Assembly: GCA_963790465.1 (NCBI GenBank)
Contig: CAWBOP010000029.1
Span: 10,503 to 74,502 of the forward strand
Direction: 5' to 3'
From: Terriglobia bacterium
GTDB taxonomy: Bacteria > Acidobacteriota > Polarisedimenticolia > Polarisedimenticolales > JAIQFR01
DNA: 64,000 nucleotides
Part shown: positions 1 to 10,712 of the stretch, piece after piece
Layout of the letters: the number at the start of each line of letters is the position of its first letter
Position numbering within the stretch: position 1 is the first letter of the stretch
Program-made: the position numbers and the translations under genes
The notes under the pieces: generated by a model
The model's database searches: none
What the model was told of the DNA's origin: nothing
What the model saw: only the letters and a program-made list of their open reading frames with translations

Positions 1-1324
1 CGTACTTCCCGGCGACGCGCGCCACGTCCTCTCGGGTCACCTTCTCGATGTTGATCCGGTACTGCTCCAGGAAATTCGCCGGCAGCCCGTAGAAGGCGTA
101 GAGCATCTGCTGGTTCAGGATCTTCGCCTTCGAGTCGTAGTTGAACACGAACGAGTTGAGGATCGAGTCCTTCGCGCGCTTCATCTCCACGTCGTCCGGA
201 GGGTTGTCGATGATCCCAACGATCTCCGCCTTGACCGCCTCGACCCCTTGCGCCATCGTGGCCGACTTGGTCTGCAGGCCGGCGCGAAGGACGCCCGGAT
301 AGAGGTAGTCCGAACCGAGGCTCCCGGTCACGTTGTAGGCCAGCCCCTTCTTGGACCGGACGTTGCTGAACATCCGGCTCGCGAAGCTCCCCCCCAGGAC
401 CTCGTTCATCACCTGCACGGCGAAGTAGTCCGGGTTCTTCTTCTCGATCCCGAGGTGCCCCATGGTGACGTACGCCTGGTTGACGTCCGACTTCTCGATG
501 AAGTACACGCCGGGGTTCGGATCCTTGCGGAACGAAATCGGAGGAACCGGCAAAGGAGGCGATTTCTTCCAGTCGCCGAAGACCGCGCCGATCTTCTTCT
601 TCATCTCCTTGGAGTCGAAGTCGCCGCTAATCCCGAGGTACACGTTGTTGGGAACGTAGTACTTCTTGTGCCACTCCGAGAGGTCTTCCCGGGTGACGGC
701 GGCGATGGTGGCGTACTCCTCGATCCGGCCCAGAGCGGAGTCCTTGCCGTAAATCAGCCGCGGGAACTCGCGATACAGGATCCCCATCGCGTTGTCGTTG
801 CGGCGGGAGATGCCGGTGTTCGCCTGGACCTTGGCGAGGTCGAGCTTGTCCTGGGCGAACACCGGAGCGCGGAGCACCTCGGCGAAGACCTTGAACAACT
901 CGTCGAAGTTCTCCTTGAGGCAGTTCATGTTCGCGCCGCCGGAATCGTCGCCGATGCCGGTCTCGATGGAGGCCGCGCGGTTCGCGAGGAAGTCGTCCAA
1001 CTCGTCGCCGGTCATGGACGGAATCCCGCCGGTTCGTTGGACCGTGCCGACGAGCCCCGCGAGGCCGGTCTTTTCCGCCGGCTCCCAGGCGGAGCCGGTG
1101 CGGATATTCGCGTTGACCTGGATCAGCGGCAGCTCGTGGTCCTCCATCAGGAACACGGTCATGCCGTTCTTGAGAACGTAGATCTCCGGCTTCTCGATCT
1201 TGAACTCGGGAAGCACGGGGTACTTGATCTCCTTGTAGTTCCGGACCTGGGCCGCCGCCGGAACGGCCAGGAACGCGGCGAAGACCGCCGCGGCGATCGC
1301 GACACGGAAGCGCGTGGTGCTCAT
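1..1324 (-). CDS. M16 family peptidase, non-catalytic partner subunit (runs off window start)
   Basis: Manual translation of minus strand: signal peptide MSTTRFRVAIAAAVFAAFLAVPAAA, then LKNGMTVFLMEDHELPLI...EPAEKTGLAGLVG; no HxxEH; directly downstream of catalytic M16 gene. Absent from ORF track because incomplete. Confidence 0.85.
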   Translation of the reverse strand, partial: MSTTRFRVAIAAAVFAAFLAVPAAAQVRNYKEIKYPVLPEFKIEKPEIYVLKNGMTVFLMEDHELPLIQVNANIRTGSAWEPAEKTGLAGLVGTVQRTGGIPSMTGDELDDFLANRAASIETGIGDDSGGANMNCLKENFDELFKVFAEVLRAPVFAQDKLDLAKVQANTGISRRNDNAMGILYREFPRLIYGKDSALGRIEEYATIAAVTREDLSEWHKKYYVPNNVYLGISGDFDSKEMKKKIGAVFGDWKKSPPLPVPPISFRKDPNPGVYFIEKSDVNQAYVTMGHLGIEKKNPDYFAVQVMNEVLGGSFASRMFSNVRSKKGLAYNVTGSLGSDYLYPGVLRAGLQTKSATMAQGVEAVKAEIVGIIDNPPDDVEMKRAKDSILNSFVFNYDSKAKILNQQMLYAFYGLPANFLEQYRINIEKVTREDVARVAGKY

Positions 1325-1337
1325 GTTCCGCCCTCCC

Positions 1338-2861
1338 CTAGTTCTTCGCCGACGGGGAGTCGGTGTTCACGATCATCCCCACGGTCCGGTTGGTCGGGAC
1401 GAAGGTCGCCTGCGCCACGCGCCGGATGTCCTCCTTCGTCACCTTGTCGATCTTCTCCACGGCTTGGAACAGCTCGCGCCAGTCGCCGTAGAGCGACTGA
1501 TGGGTCGCGAGTGCTCCGGCGATCCCCTGGTTCGACTGGAGTCCCCGGATCAGGTCGGCTTTCGCCCGGGTCTTGACCCGCTTCAGCTCGTCGTCCGCCA
1601 CCGGCTCGCTCTTGAGTTTCTCGATCTCCTCGCGGATCGCCTTCTGCACCTCGTCGTTCGTGTGGCCGGGAGTCGGGATCGCGAAGAACAGCATCAGGCT
1701 CGGGTACTTCCTGCCGGGGAAGCCGGACATCGCCATCGCCTGGGCGGCGATCTTCTTGTCGCGAACCAGGCTGCGATAGAGCCGCGAGGAGCGGCCCGAG
1801 GACAGGACGTCGGAGATCGCCGAGTAGACCGCGTCGTCCGGGTCGGTCGTGGACGGCCGGTGGTATCCCTCGACGTAGATCGGCTGGGCCTTGTCGGGGA
1901 GCGACACCGTCTTCTCGGCGATCTGCTTCGGCTCCTCGGTGCGAAGCGCGGGAGGCCGGGGCGCCGCGGGAAGCCGGCCGAAGTACTTCTCGAGGATCGG
2001 AAGGATCTCGGCCGCCTTGACGTCGCCCGCGATCGCGATGACCAGGTTGCTGGGGACGTAGTAGGTCCGGCGGAACCGATCGGCGTCCTCGCGGGAGAAC
2101 GACGCGAGGTCGCTCATGTAGCCGACCACCGGTTGATGGTAGGGGTGCGCCTGGAACGCGACGGAGGAGAACTGCTCGATGAGCCGTCCGATCGGCTGGC
2201 TCTCGGTCCTGAGCCGCCGTTCCTCCATGATGACGTCGCGCTCCTTGTAGAACTCGCGGAACACCGGGTCGAGGAACCGCTCGGACTCGAGGTGCGCCCA
2301 CAACTCAACCTTGTTGGCGGGGAGCGAGTAGAAGTACACGGTCTGGTCCGCGCTGGTGCCGGCGTTCATGCCGACCCCCCCCTCGCGGTCGATGATCTCG
2401 CCGAACTCGTTCTTGACGATGAACTTGTCCGCCGCCTCCTGGGCGTCCTTCCAGGCCTTCTTGAGCTCGTCGAGCTTCGCCGGGTCCGTCCCGCCGATCT
2501 TTTGCCGCGCCCCGTCGTAGGCGTGGTACGCCTCGTCAACCTTCTGGAGCGCTTTCTGCTCGGCCGGCCAGTCGTTGGTCCCGATCGTCGTGGTCCCCTT
2601 GAAGGCCAGGTGCTCGAACATGTGGGCCATCCCGGTGATCCCGGGGACCTCCTGCGCCGCCCCCACTCCCGCGTACGTGAAGAAGGAGACCACCGGGGCC
2701 TCGGGACGTTCGTAGATCAGGAACGTCAGCCCGTTCGCCAGCTTGTGCTCGGTCACCTTCTTCTCGAAAGAGGCCAGGCCCTGCGCGGTCGCGGGGAGTG
2801 CCGCAAGCGCCAGGACGCAGGCCGCGATCCAGAAGACCCGCGAATACATCCTTGGCTTCAT
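1338..2861 (-). CDS. M16 family zinc peptidase (pitrilysin-like), secreted
   Basis: GMAHMFEHLAFKGT (HxxEH), NAGTSADQTVY, ERDVIMEERR; signal peptide after ATG 2861. Confidence 0.92.
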   Translation of the reverse strand: MKPRMYSRVFWIAACVLALAALPATAQGLASFEKKVTEHKLANGLTFLIYERPEAPVVSFFTYAGVGAAQEVPGITGMAHMFEHLAFKGTTTIGTNDWPAEQKALQKVDEAYHAYDGARQKIGGTDPAKLDELKKAWKDAQEAADKFIVKNEFGEIIDREGGVGMNAGTSADQTVYFYSLPANKVELWAHLESERFLDPVFREFYKERDVIMEERRLRTESQPIGRLIEQFSSVAFQAHPYHQPVVGYMSDLASFSREDADRFRRTYYVPSNLVIAIAGDVKAAEILPILEKYFGRLPAAPRPPALRTEEPKQIAEKTVSLPDKAQPIYVEGYHRPSTTDPDDAVYSAISDVLSSGRSSRLYRSLVRDKKIAAQAMAMSGFPGRKYPSLMLFFAIPTPGHTNDEVQKAIREEIEKLKSEPVADDELKRVKTRAKADLIRGLQSNQGIAGALATHQSLYGDWRELFQAVEKIDKVTKEDIRRVAQATFVPTNRTVGMIVNTDSPSAKN

Positions 2862-3000
2862 ACCTACCTCGCACGCCGACCCGTAGCCCTCCTTGCGAGG
2901 GCTCCCTCGGCCGGCGGTTCGATCCGTTTGAAAAAGGAAGTCTACGCCAAAAGGACCGGCGCGCGAACCTCGTTTCGACCCCATAATGGGGGAGGGGAAC

Positions 3001-3696
3001 ATGCTGTTCCGGCCTGCACCTCGATTCGAGGGCCTCCCCGCCGAGGCGTTCGAGGCCTTTGCGATTCCGGACCGCGAGAAGCGGCGCGGGGCGATCCTCG
3101 CGGGTTTTCACCCGGCTCTCAAGCTCCTCGGGGAGGATCTGCTCGAGTTCTTGACGCCGCTCACCCGCGCTCCGCTCCACGCGCACCTTCCCCGCCTCGA
3201 CTGGCCCGCGGGATACCAGCCGTTCTGCACCTGGCTCGCGATCTCGCATGAGGCGCACGGCTACCAATCGGCGCCCCAGCTCAATGTCGGCGTCCACCGG
3301 GACCACCTGGCGGTGCGTCTCGCCTGGGACACGGCCTCCGCCGGCTTCGGGCGGTTCGAGTTCCTGTGCCGGCATGGCGGCCTCGGACGGGCGCTGGCGG
3401 AGACGGCGCGGGGACAAGGGCTCGAGTTCCGGGTCTACGCCGCGGCCCCGTGGCCCGCAGGGTCGCGGCGCGTGTTCGAGTCCGCCACGGACTGGGCCGG
3501 GTCGTTCGACGAGGTGCGCCGTCGCGGGGTGTGGTGGGAGATCGGCGCTCGCTACGATCTGCCGACCGCCGCCGACAGCGTGGCCGGAGGGCGTCTCGTG
3601 GACGAGGCTGCCCGGATCTTCACCGCGCTCCTCCCGCACCTGGACCGGATCGTGGGGATCTCGCCCGACGCGAAGCGCGGGACCGAGGCGAAGTAG
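3001..3696 (+). CDS. DUF1054/YktB-like protein
   Basis: FEGLPAEAFEAFAIPD...HPALKLLG...TWLAIS...GYQSAPQLNVGV resembles the YktB pattern from memory; GGAGG SD upstream. Confidence 0.55.
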   Translation: MLFRPAPRFEGLPAEAFEAFAIPDREKRRGAILAGFHPALKLLGEDLLEFLTPLTRAPLHAHLPRLDWPAGYQPFCTWLAISHEAHGYQSAPQLNVGVHRDHLAVRLAWDTASAGFGRFEFLCRHGGLGRALAETARGQGLEFRVYAAAPWPAGSRRVFESATDWAGSFDEVRRRGVWWEIGARYDLPTAADSVAGGRLVDEAARIFTALLPHLDRIVGISPDAKRGTEAK

Positions 3697-3755
3697 AGTG
3701 GAAGTAGAGTGGGGGAGCGCAGTCGTATCCGGATCCACGGCATAGGAGCACGGTC

Positions 3756-4727
3756 ATGTCGAGATTCCCGGCCTTCGCTCTCTTCGTCTCCATGGCGATC
3801 GCATCCGCCTCCTGCCGCAGCGGCGCGGATCCTTCGCTCATCGTCGCGTCGGGTCACGTGGAGGCGACGGACGTTCGGATCTCCACGAAGGTCGGAGGGA
3901 AGCTCGAGTCCTTTCCGATCCGCGAGGGGGACCGCGTCGCGGTCGGCCAGGAACTGGCCCGGATCGACACGACGGACATCGCGCTCGCCCTCGACCAGGC
4001 CAAGGCCGACCGCGGCCAGGCCGACGCGGAGCTCAGGCTGCGCGTCGCCGGCTCGCGGAAGGAGGATGTCGCCGAGGCGGAGGCGCAGGTGTCGCTCGGG
4101 CAGGCCGACCTCGTCGGCGCGCAGAGGGACCTCGACCGGCTGCAGGGACTGCTCGACGCCGGCTCGGGGACGACGAAGTCTCGGGACGACGCGCTGACGC
4201 GGCGCGACGGCGCCGGAGCGCGGCTCGACGCCGCGCGGGAAACCCTCCTCAAGCTTCGGGCCGGCTCCCGTCCGGAGGAGATCGACGCCGCGCGTGCCCG
4301 TCTCGCCGCGTCCGACGCGCGCATCGCGCAGCTCGAGCAGCAGAGAAAGGACGCGGTCATCACCAGTCCTCTCGCCGGCGTCGTGACGGAGAAGATCGCG
4401 GAGCAGGGAGAGCTTCTTCCCGCCGGCGCGCGGCTGTGCGTGATCACCGACCTCGGCGACGCGTGGCTCACCGTTTACGTCGCCGAGACCGACCTCGCCC
4501 GGATCCGGATCGGCCAGGACGCCGAGGTGGCGACCGACGACGGACAGAGTCGGCAGGGGAAGGTGACGTTCATCGCGTCGCGGGCCGAGTTCACGCCGAA
4601 GAACGTCCAGACCCGCGACGAGCGGGTGAAGCTGGTCTACCGGGTCAAGGTCGCTCTCGAGAACGCGGACGGCCTGTTCAAGCCCGGGATGCCGGCGGAG
4701 GCGCGTCTCCGCGCGGCCATCCGATGA
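3756..4727 (+). CDS. HlyD/YbhG-type efflux periplasmic adaptor
   Basis: ASGHVEAT, coiled coil, AEFTPKNVQTRDER, KPGMPAE. Confidence 0.93.
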   Translation: MSRFPAFALFVSMAIASASCRSGADPSLIVASGHVEATDVRISTKVGGKLESFPIREGDRVAVGQELARIDTTDIALALDQAKADRGQADAELRLRVAGSRKEDVAEAEAQVSLGQADLVGAQRDLDRLQGLLDAGSGTTKSRDDALTRRDGAGARLDAARETLLKLRAGSRPEEIDAARARLAASDARIAQLEQQRKDAVITSPLAGVVTEKIAEQGELLPAGARLCVITDLGDAWLTVYVAETDLARIRIGQDAEVATDDGQSRQGKVTFIASRAEFTPKNVQTRDERVKLVYRVKVALENADGLFKPGMPAEARLRAAIR

Positions 4728-5699
4728 CCGATCCGGCCCCGACGATCTCCCTCGACGGGGCGGTGCGCCGCTTCGGCGGCCTGACCGCGGTGAACGCGGT
4801 GTCGTTCGAGGTCCGCCGCGGCGAGATGTTCGGGCTCATCGGGCCCGACGGCGCCGGGAAGACCACGACGCTTCGAATGGTCCTCGGTCTCCTCGCGCCC
4901 GACGCCGGGACGGTCCGGACCTTCGGCCTCGATCCGGTCCGCCACGCGCGCGACCTGTCGAGCCGAATCGGCTACCTCTCACAGCGGTTCTCGCTCTACG
5001 GCGATCTCTCGGTGGACGAGAACGTCGCCTTCTTCGCCGAGATCCACGACGTCCGCGGGTGGAAGCCGCGCCGCGACGAGCTGCTCGACACGCTGCGTCT
5101 CACCCCGTTCCGGGAGCGGCTCGCCGAGCGGCTCTCGGGCGGCATGAAGCAGAAGCTCGCCCTCGCGTGCAACCTCGATCCACACGCCGGAGCTGCTCGT
5201 GCTCGACGAGCCGACCACCGGCGTCGATCCGGTCTCGCGGAGGGACTTCTGGAAGATCCTGGCCGGACTACAGCGAGACGGGATCACGATCCTGCTCACG
5301 ACGCCGTACCTCGACGAGGCGGAGCGGTGCCGCCGCGTCGCGCTCATGAGCCGGGGGCGGCTGCTGACCGTGGACGAGCCCGACGCGCTCCGGACCGTGT
5401 CGGGCGCCGCCATCGTCGAGGTGATCGCTTCTCCTCGGCGGCGGGCGGCGGACGCTCTCGCGGCGATCGCGGGGGTTGCCGACGTCGAGTCGTTCGGCGA
5501 GCGGCTCCACGCCACGCTTTCCGGCGTGGATCCCCGCGCGGCGGCCGGCGCGGCGCGCCGGATCGCCGGCGAACTCGCCGCCGCCGGGATCGACGTGGAA
5601 TCGGTCCGGCCCACGATCCCTTCGCTCGAGGACGTCTTCATCGCACGGATACGCGCCGCCGAGGCCGAGGCGGGCGCGAGTGGAGAGGTGCCCCGATGA
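4724..5699 (+). CDS. ABC transporter ATP-binding protein (+1 frameshift near 5175)
   Basis: GPDGAGKTT and LSGGMKQKL in one frame; IHTPELLVLDEPTTGVDP in the next frame; removing one base restores the ORF. Confidence 0.85.
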
Positions 5700-7072
5700 G
5701 CCGCTCGATCGCCCGCACGCTGATGCTGTGGCTCGCGGTCCTGCCCGCGCTCGCGTCGCCGCCGGCGGAACCTGCCGGCGCGGCGGCGACAGGGTACGAA
5801 GAGGCGCCGACTGAAACCGCCATGAGTCCTGCGCTGCGCCTCACCCTCGCCGAGGCCATCGCGCGGGCGCGGGAGCAGTCGCCGAGAATCGCCCAGCTGC
5901 GCGCGCTCGAGACCGCAGCCGGCGCGGGGCTGGCCGGCGCGCGAGCGCAACGAATCCCCTCGGTCGACCTGACCGCCGGCTACACGCGCAACTCGGACGT
6001 CCCGGAATTCGCGCTGCCGCCCCCGATCGGCCGCACGATCTTCCCCAATATCCCGGACAGCTGGAGAACCCGCCTCGGGGTGACGGCACCGATCTACACC
6101 GGTGGCCGGATCGAACACGGGATCGAATCGGCCGCACACGAGCGCGAGGGGGCTGCCAGGGACGTCGAGACCGGCGTGGACGATCTCGTCCTCGAGACGA
6201 CGTCGGTCTACTGGTCCATCGTCACCGCCCGGGAGAGCGCCCGCGTGCTGAAGGAGGCGCTTTCGGCGTTCGACGCCCACCTCGCCGACGCGAGGAACCG
6301 GGAGCAATTCGGAATGGCGGCGCGCAACGAGGTGCTGGCGGTCGAGGTGGAGCGCGACCGGGCGGACCTGTTCCGCCTCGAGGCGGACAACGCCGTCGAG
6401 TTCGGGAACGCGAACCTCGTCCGTCTGCTCGGCCTTTCGCCCGGGTCCCGCGTCGAAACGACGGAGCCGCTCGTCGCTCCGGACGTCCTGCCCGAGGACC
6501 TCGAGAAACTGATCCAGTCGGCGCTGGCGGCGCGCCCCGAGCGGAGGGCGCTCGGCGCGAGGCTCGCCGCAGCCGAGGCGAGGACGGCCGCGCAGCGCGC
6601 CTCCCGGTCCCCGCAGGTCAACGCGTCCGCGGCTTACGATTACGCGAACCCGAACTCGAGGATCCTGCCGCCCGAGGCGGAGTGGAAGGCGACCTGGAAC
6701 GTCGGGGTCGGCCTCTCCTTCAACGTCTTCGACGGCGGGCGGACGTTGGCGGCCGTCGCGCAGTCGGCGGCGCAAACGGACGCTATCCGCAGGCAGCTTG
6801 ACGATCTCGACCGGCGAATCCGCCTCGACGTGACCGCGCGAGCGCTCGACGTGAGGACGGCGCTCGGCGCCGTGGAGGTCGCGTCGCGGAGCCTCGTATC
6901 CGCCACGGAAAACCGGCGCGTCACTTCCGACCGCTACAAGGAGGGAGTCGGCCTCTCGTCGGAGCTTCTCGACGCCGAGGCCGGCCTGCTGCGGGCCGGG
7001 CTCGACCGGACCGCGATGCTCGCGCGGCTGAGGGTCGCGCTCGCGAGTCTCGATCGGGCGGCCGGGAGATAG
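5696..7072 (+). CDS. TolC family outer membrane efflux protein
   Basis: Signal peptide, LTLAEAIARA, APIYTGGR, VFDGGRT, RYKEG; ATGA overlap with upstream gene. Confidence 0.9.
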   Translation: MSRSIARTLMLWLAVLPALASPPAEPAGAAATGYEEAPTETAMSPALRLTLAEAIARAREQSPRIAQLRALETAAGAGLAGARAQRIPSVDLTAGYTRNSDVPEFALPPPIGRTIFPNIPDSWRTRLGVTAPIYTGGRIEHGIESAAHEREGAARDVETGVDDLVLETTSVYWSIVTARESARVLKEALSAFDAHLADARNREQFGMAARNEVLAVEVERDRADLFRLEADNAVEFGNANLVRLLGLSPGSRVETTEPLVAPDVLPEDLEKLIQSALAARPERRALGARLAAAEARTAAQRASRSPQVNASAAYDYANPNSRILPPEAEWKATWNVGVGLSFNVFDGGRTLAAVAQSAAQTDAIRRQLDDLDRRIRLDVTARALDVRTALGAVEVASRSLVSATENRRVTSDRYKEGVGLSSELLDAEAGLLRAGLDRTAMLARLRVALASLDRAAGR

Positions 7073-7074
7073 CG

Positions 7075-8029
7075 ATGCCCCGTGCGCTCGAAGTTCGTGG
7101 GCTCACGAGGCGTTTCGGCGCGTTCACCGCCGTGGACGGTCTCACGTTCGACGTGGAGGCAGGGGAGGTGTTCGGCCTCCTCGGCAGCAATGGCGCCGGA
7201 AAATCCACCGCGATCCGGATGCTCGTGGGGCTGCTGACGCCCAGCGCAGGCATCGCCTCGGTGCTCGGGGTCGACGTCGGAAAGGACCCGGAGGGGGTGA
7301 AGCGGCGGATCGGCTACATGACGCAGCGGTTCAGCCTCTACGACGATCTCACGGTGAGAGAGAACCTGCGGTTCTTCGGCGGCGTGTACGGCCTCGCGGG
7401 AGAGGTGGCCGCGGAGAGCGCGGCGACCGCGGTCGCGATGGCCGGGCTCGAAGGGAAGGAAGACCTGTTGACCGGTTCCCTTGCCGGCGGCTTCAAGCAG
7501 CGGCTCGCCCTCGCCTGCGCGGTGCTGCACCGGCCGAAACTCGTGTTCCTCGACGAGCCGACCGGCGGGGTGGACCCGATCTCCCGCCGGCGGTTCTGGA
7601 GGCTGATCGACGCGATGGCGGGGGAGGGGGTCACGGTGATCGTGACCACCCACTACCTGGACGAGGCGGAGCACTGCGCGCGGATCGCGCTCATGCACGC
7701 GGGACGGCTCGTCGCCCTCGGGAGCGTGCGGGAGCTCAAGGAGGTGTTCGCCGGACGCGCGGTGATCGAGGTGAGCGCGCCGAGAGTTTCTCGACGCCTA
7801 CCGCCGGCTCGAGGGGGAGGCGTGGGCGCTCGAAACCTCGGTGTTCGGGACGCGGCTCCACGTCGTGGTGGACGATGCCGAGGAAGGGCGGCGGCGGATC
7901 CTCGGTACGCTCGAGCGCGACGGCAACACCCCGGCCGCCGCGGAGCGGATCGTGCCGTCTCTCGAGGACGTGTTCATCCACACCATCGAGCGCGAGGAGG
8001 CGAGGCGCGCGGCGGGGAGCGCCCGGTGA
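7075..8029 (+). CDS. ABC transporter ATP-binding protein (+1 frameshift near 7787)
   Basis: GSNGAGKST, LDEPTGGVDP; C-terminal PSLEDVFI lies in the shifted frame. Confidence 0.85.
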
Positions 8030-9145
8030 GGAAGATCTGGGCGGTCTCGGTGAAGGAACTGCGGCAGGCGTCGCGCGACCCGTTCGAGCCTCCTGCTCCT
8101 CCTCGGCATGCCGGCGATGATGCTTCTCCTCTACGGCTACGCGGTGAACTTCGACGTGCGGCACGTCCGGCTCGCCCTCCTGGACCGGGACCGGAGCGCC
8201 GCGAGCCGCGATCTCATCGCCGCGTTCGTGAACTCGACCTACTTCGATCTCGTCGCGGACCTCCCCGCCGGCGCCGACCTCGATCGGGTGTGCCAGCGTC
8301 GCATCGCGAAGGCGATCCTGGTGATCCCCGAACGGTACGCGGACGACCTGGCCGCGGGGCGGACGGCGAAGGTTCAGTTGATCCTCGATGGGAGCGACGC
8401 CAACACGGCCACCACCGTTCTCGGCTACGCGTCGGGTCTCGTCGCGGCGGCGAACGCCGCGCTCGCGCGCGAGGGGACGGGAGGGACGATCGATGCCGTG
8501 CCGATCGGCTACGAGCCGCGGGTCTGGTACAACCCGGAGCTGCAATCGACCCTGTTCCTGGTTCCGGGGCTCATCGGCTTCATCATGATGGTCACCGCCG
8601 TGCTGTCCACCGCCCTCTCCGTGGTGCGGGAGAAGGAGCGGGGGACGATGGAGCAGCTTCGCGTGACGTCTCTTCGTCCCGGCGAGCTCATCGTCGGGAA
8701 GACGCTCCCCTATCTCGGCATCTCGCTCGCGGCCACCGCCGTGATCCTCGTCGCGGCGAGGCTCCTCTTCGGGCTGGCGGTGCGCGGCTCGTACCTCGAT
8801 CTGTTCCTCGCCACCCTCCTCTACCTGATCGGCGCGCTCGGGTGGGGGCTGCTCGTGTCGAGCTTCGCGGGGTCGCAGGCGATGGCGTTCCAGATCGGCG
8901 TGCTGAGCTCGATGCTCCCCGCGATCTTCCTTTCGGGGTTCATCTTCACGATCCGCTCGATGCCGCTCCCGCTCCAGGCGATCACGCGGATCGTCCCGGC
9001 CCGGTACTACCTGGTGATCCTCCGCGGGGTGATCCTCAAGGGGGCCGGCCTGGGAGCGTACCTCCCCGAGCTGGGGTTCCTCGCGCTCTTCGCCTCGGGA
9101 GTCCTGGGGATCGCCTGGGTCCGGCTGGTCCGGCGGGAGGTGTGA
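8026..9145 (+). CDS. ABC-2 permease, YbhS-like (+1 frameshift near 8085)
   Basis: VRKIWAVSVKELRQASRDP, then shifted SLLLLLGMP...WYNPEL...REKERGTMEQL. Confidence 0.85.
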
Positions 9146-10278
9146 CCGTGCGCGTCCTCCTCCACGTCATCGTCAAGGAATTCATCCAGCTCCGCCGGGA
9201 CAAGAAGATGATCCCCGCGCTCGTGATCGGTCCGATCATGCAACTTCTGGCGCTCGGCTACGCGGCGAACATGGACGTGAAGGAAATCCCGCTTCTGCTG
9301 GTGGACCAGGACCGGACGCGGGCGAGCCGCGCGCTTCTCGACCGTTTCGAGGGGTCCGGATACTTCCGCCTCACGGGGACCGAGGACCGGGTGGGCGCCG
9401 TCGAGCCTTGGCTCGTGGGGGGGAAGGCCCAGGTCGCCCTGGTCATCGGCGCGGGATACGGCGAGGCGGTGGCCGCCGGCCGCGCGCCGAAGGTCCAGGT
9501 CATCGCCGACGGGAGCGATGCCAACTCGGCGGTCGTCGGCCTCGGCTACGCTTCGAGAATCGTCGCCGCGGCGGGTGCCGAGATGGCGGCGGGCCGGAGG
9601 GAGGCGGCGGGAATCGCGCCGGTGGCGGTGGGCGGCATCGAGATGGTCCCGCGGGTCTGGTACAACCCGGACCTCACGACGCGCTGGTTCTACATTCCAG
9701 CGATCCTGGCGATGACCCTCATGCTGATCACCATGATCCTCCCGTCGGTGGCGGTGGTCCGGGAAAAGGAGATCGGCACGCTGGAGCAGCTGAGCGTTAC
9801 GCCGGTCCGCCCCTGGCAGATGATCCTCGGCAAGCTGTTCCCGTTCGCGGCGATCGGGATGCTCGACTTGGTCCTGGTCTCGGCGCTCGTCGTGTTCCTC
9901 TTCCGGGTGCCGCTCCGGGGCTCGTTCCTCCTGCTGGCGCTGCTGACCGTGCCGTTTCTGATGACGACCCTCGGCCTCGGCCTCTTCGTGTCCGCGCTGG
10001 TGCGCACGCAGCAGCAGGCGATGATGACGTCCGCATTCGTGTTCATGATGCCGATGATCCTGCTCTCGGGGCTGATCTTCCCGATCGAGAACATGCCCGC
10101 CGCGATCCAGTACGGGACCGTCGTGATCCCGCTGCGGTACTACAACCTCATCGTCCGTGGGATCTTCCTGAAAGGTTCCGGGATCGACGTGCTCTGGCCG
10201 GAGGCCGCGATCCTCACCGGGATCGGGATCCTGGTGCTTGCCTTGGCCTCGATGAGGTTCCGCAAGAACCTGGACTGA
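9142..10278 (+). CDS. ABC-2 permease, YbhR-like
   Basis: KEFIQLRRD, WYNPDL, REKEIGTLEQL, LSGLIFPIENMP. Confidence 0.92.
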   Translation: MTVRVLLHVIVKEFIQLRRDKKMIPALVIGPIMQLLALGYAANMDVKEIPLLLVDQDRTRASRALLDRFEGSGYFRLTGTEDRVGAVEPWLVGGKAQVALVIGAGYGEAVAAGRAPKVQVIADGSDANSAVVGLGYASRIVAAAGAEMAAGRREAAGIAPVAVGGIEMVPRVWYNPDLTTRWFYIPAILAMTLMLITMILPSVAVVREKEIGTLEQLSVTPVRPWQMILGKLFPFAAIGMLDLVLVSALVVFLFRVPLRGSFLLLALLTVPFLMTTLGLGLFVSALVRTQQQAMMTSAFVFMMPMILLSGLIFPIENMPAAIQYGTVVIPLRYYNLIVRGIFLKGSGIDVLWPEAAILTGIGILVLALASMRFRKNLD

Positions 10279-10352
10279 AAGGCCGCCGGGCCGGGTGCGC
10301 TCCGGAGCGGGGCGGCCGCGGCGGCTCTCCGCCTCCGGATTCCGCAATGGAA

Positions 10353-10452
10353 ACCTCACGTAAGCACGGCAGTCCTCTGCCTTGCTTGCGTGAGGTCGCC
10401 GCCACCGTTCGCAGGGATCGGAGGACCGATCTCTGCGAACGGTGGTTGCTTT
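10353..10452 (+). other. Twin long hairpins; second is followed by a T-rich tract (terminator-like)
   Basis: 20-bp stem with TCCT loop (10353-10396) and 21-bp stem with AGGA loop (10401-10446), then TGCTTTT. Confidence 0.6.
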
Positions 10453-10492
10453 TGGCAATCCCGACCCGAGCGGGGTTTCGACTCCGGACTCT

Positions 10493-10535
10493 TAACCCGG
10501 ATCCTTCATGAAGAACCTACTGAGACCGCGTATCG
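10493..10535. repeat. Partial copy (left end) of MITE-like repeat
   Basis: TAACCCGGATCCTTCATGAAGAACCTACTGAGACCGCGTATCG matches the start of 58516-58696. Confidence 0.7.
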
Positions 10536-10712
10536 GAACACGCTCCCTGGGACCGTCTCCTGCGCTCGGTCCGTCTCGGACACCTCGTGTACGTGCGCTG
10601 AGCCGTCCTGTACCCCTGCTCGGAAGCGCGGTATATTTCCGGCCGGCGGGAGCCCGGCGGGTCTCGCCGTGCCGGAGATGCCATGCGGGGGAAGCGGCGG
10701 CGGTCGAGGGGG

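Noticed and set aside
7075-10278. 1067-aa ATPase-permease fusion and 878-aa ATPase-TolC fusion (4436-7072) in the ORF track
   Set aside because: Produced by frameshifts reading through out-of-frame Arg/Gly-rich sequence; the separate genes have their own starts.
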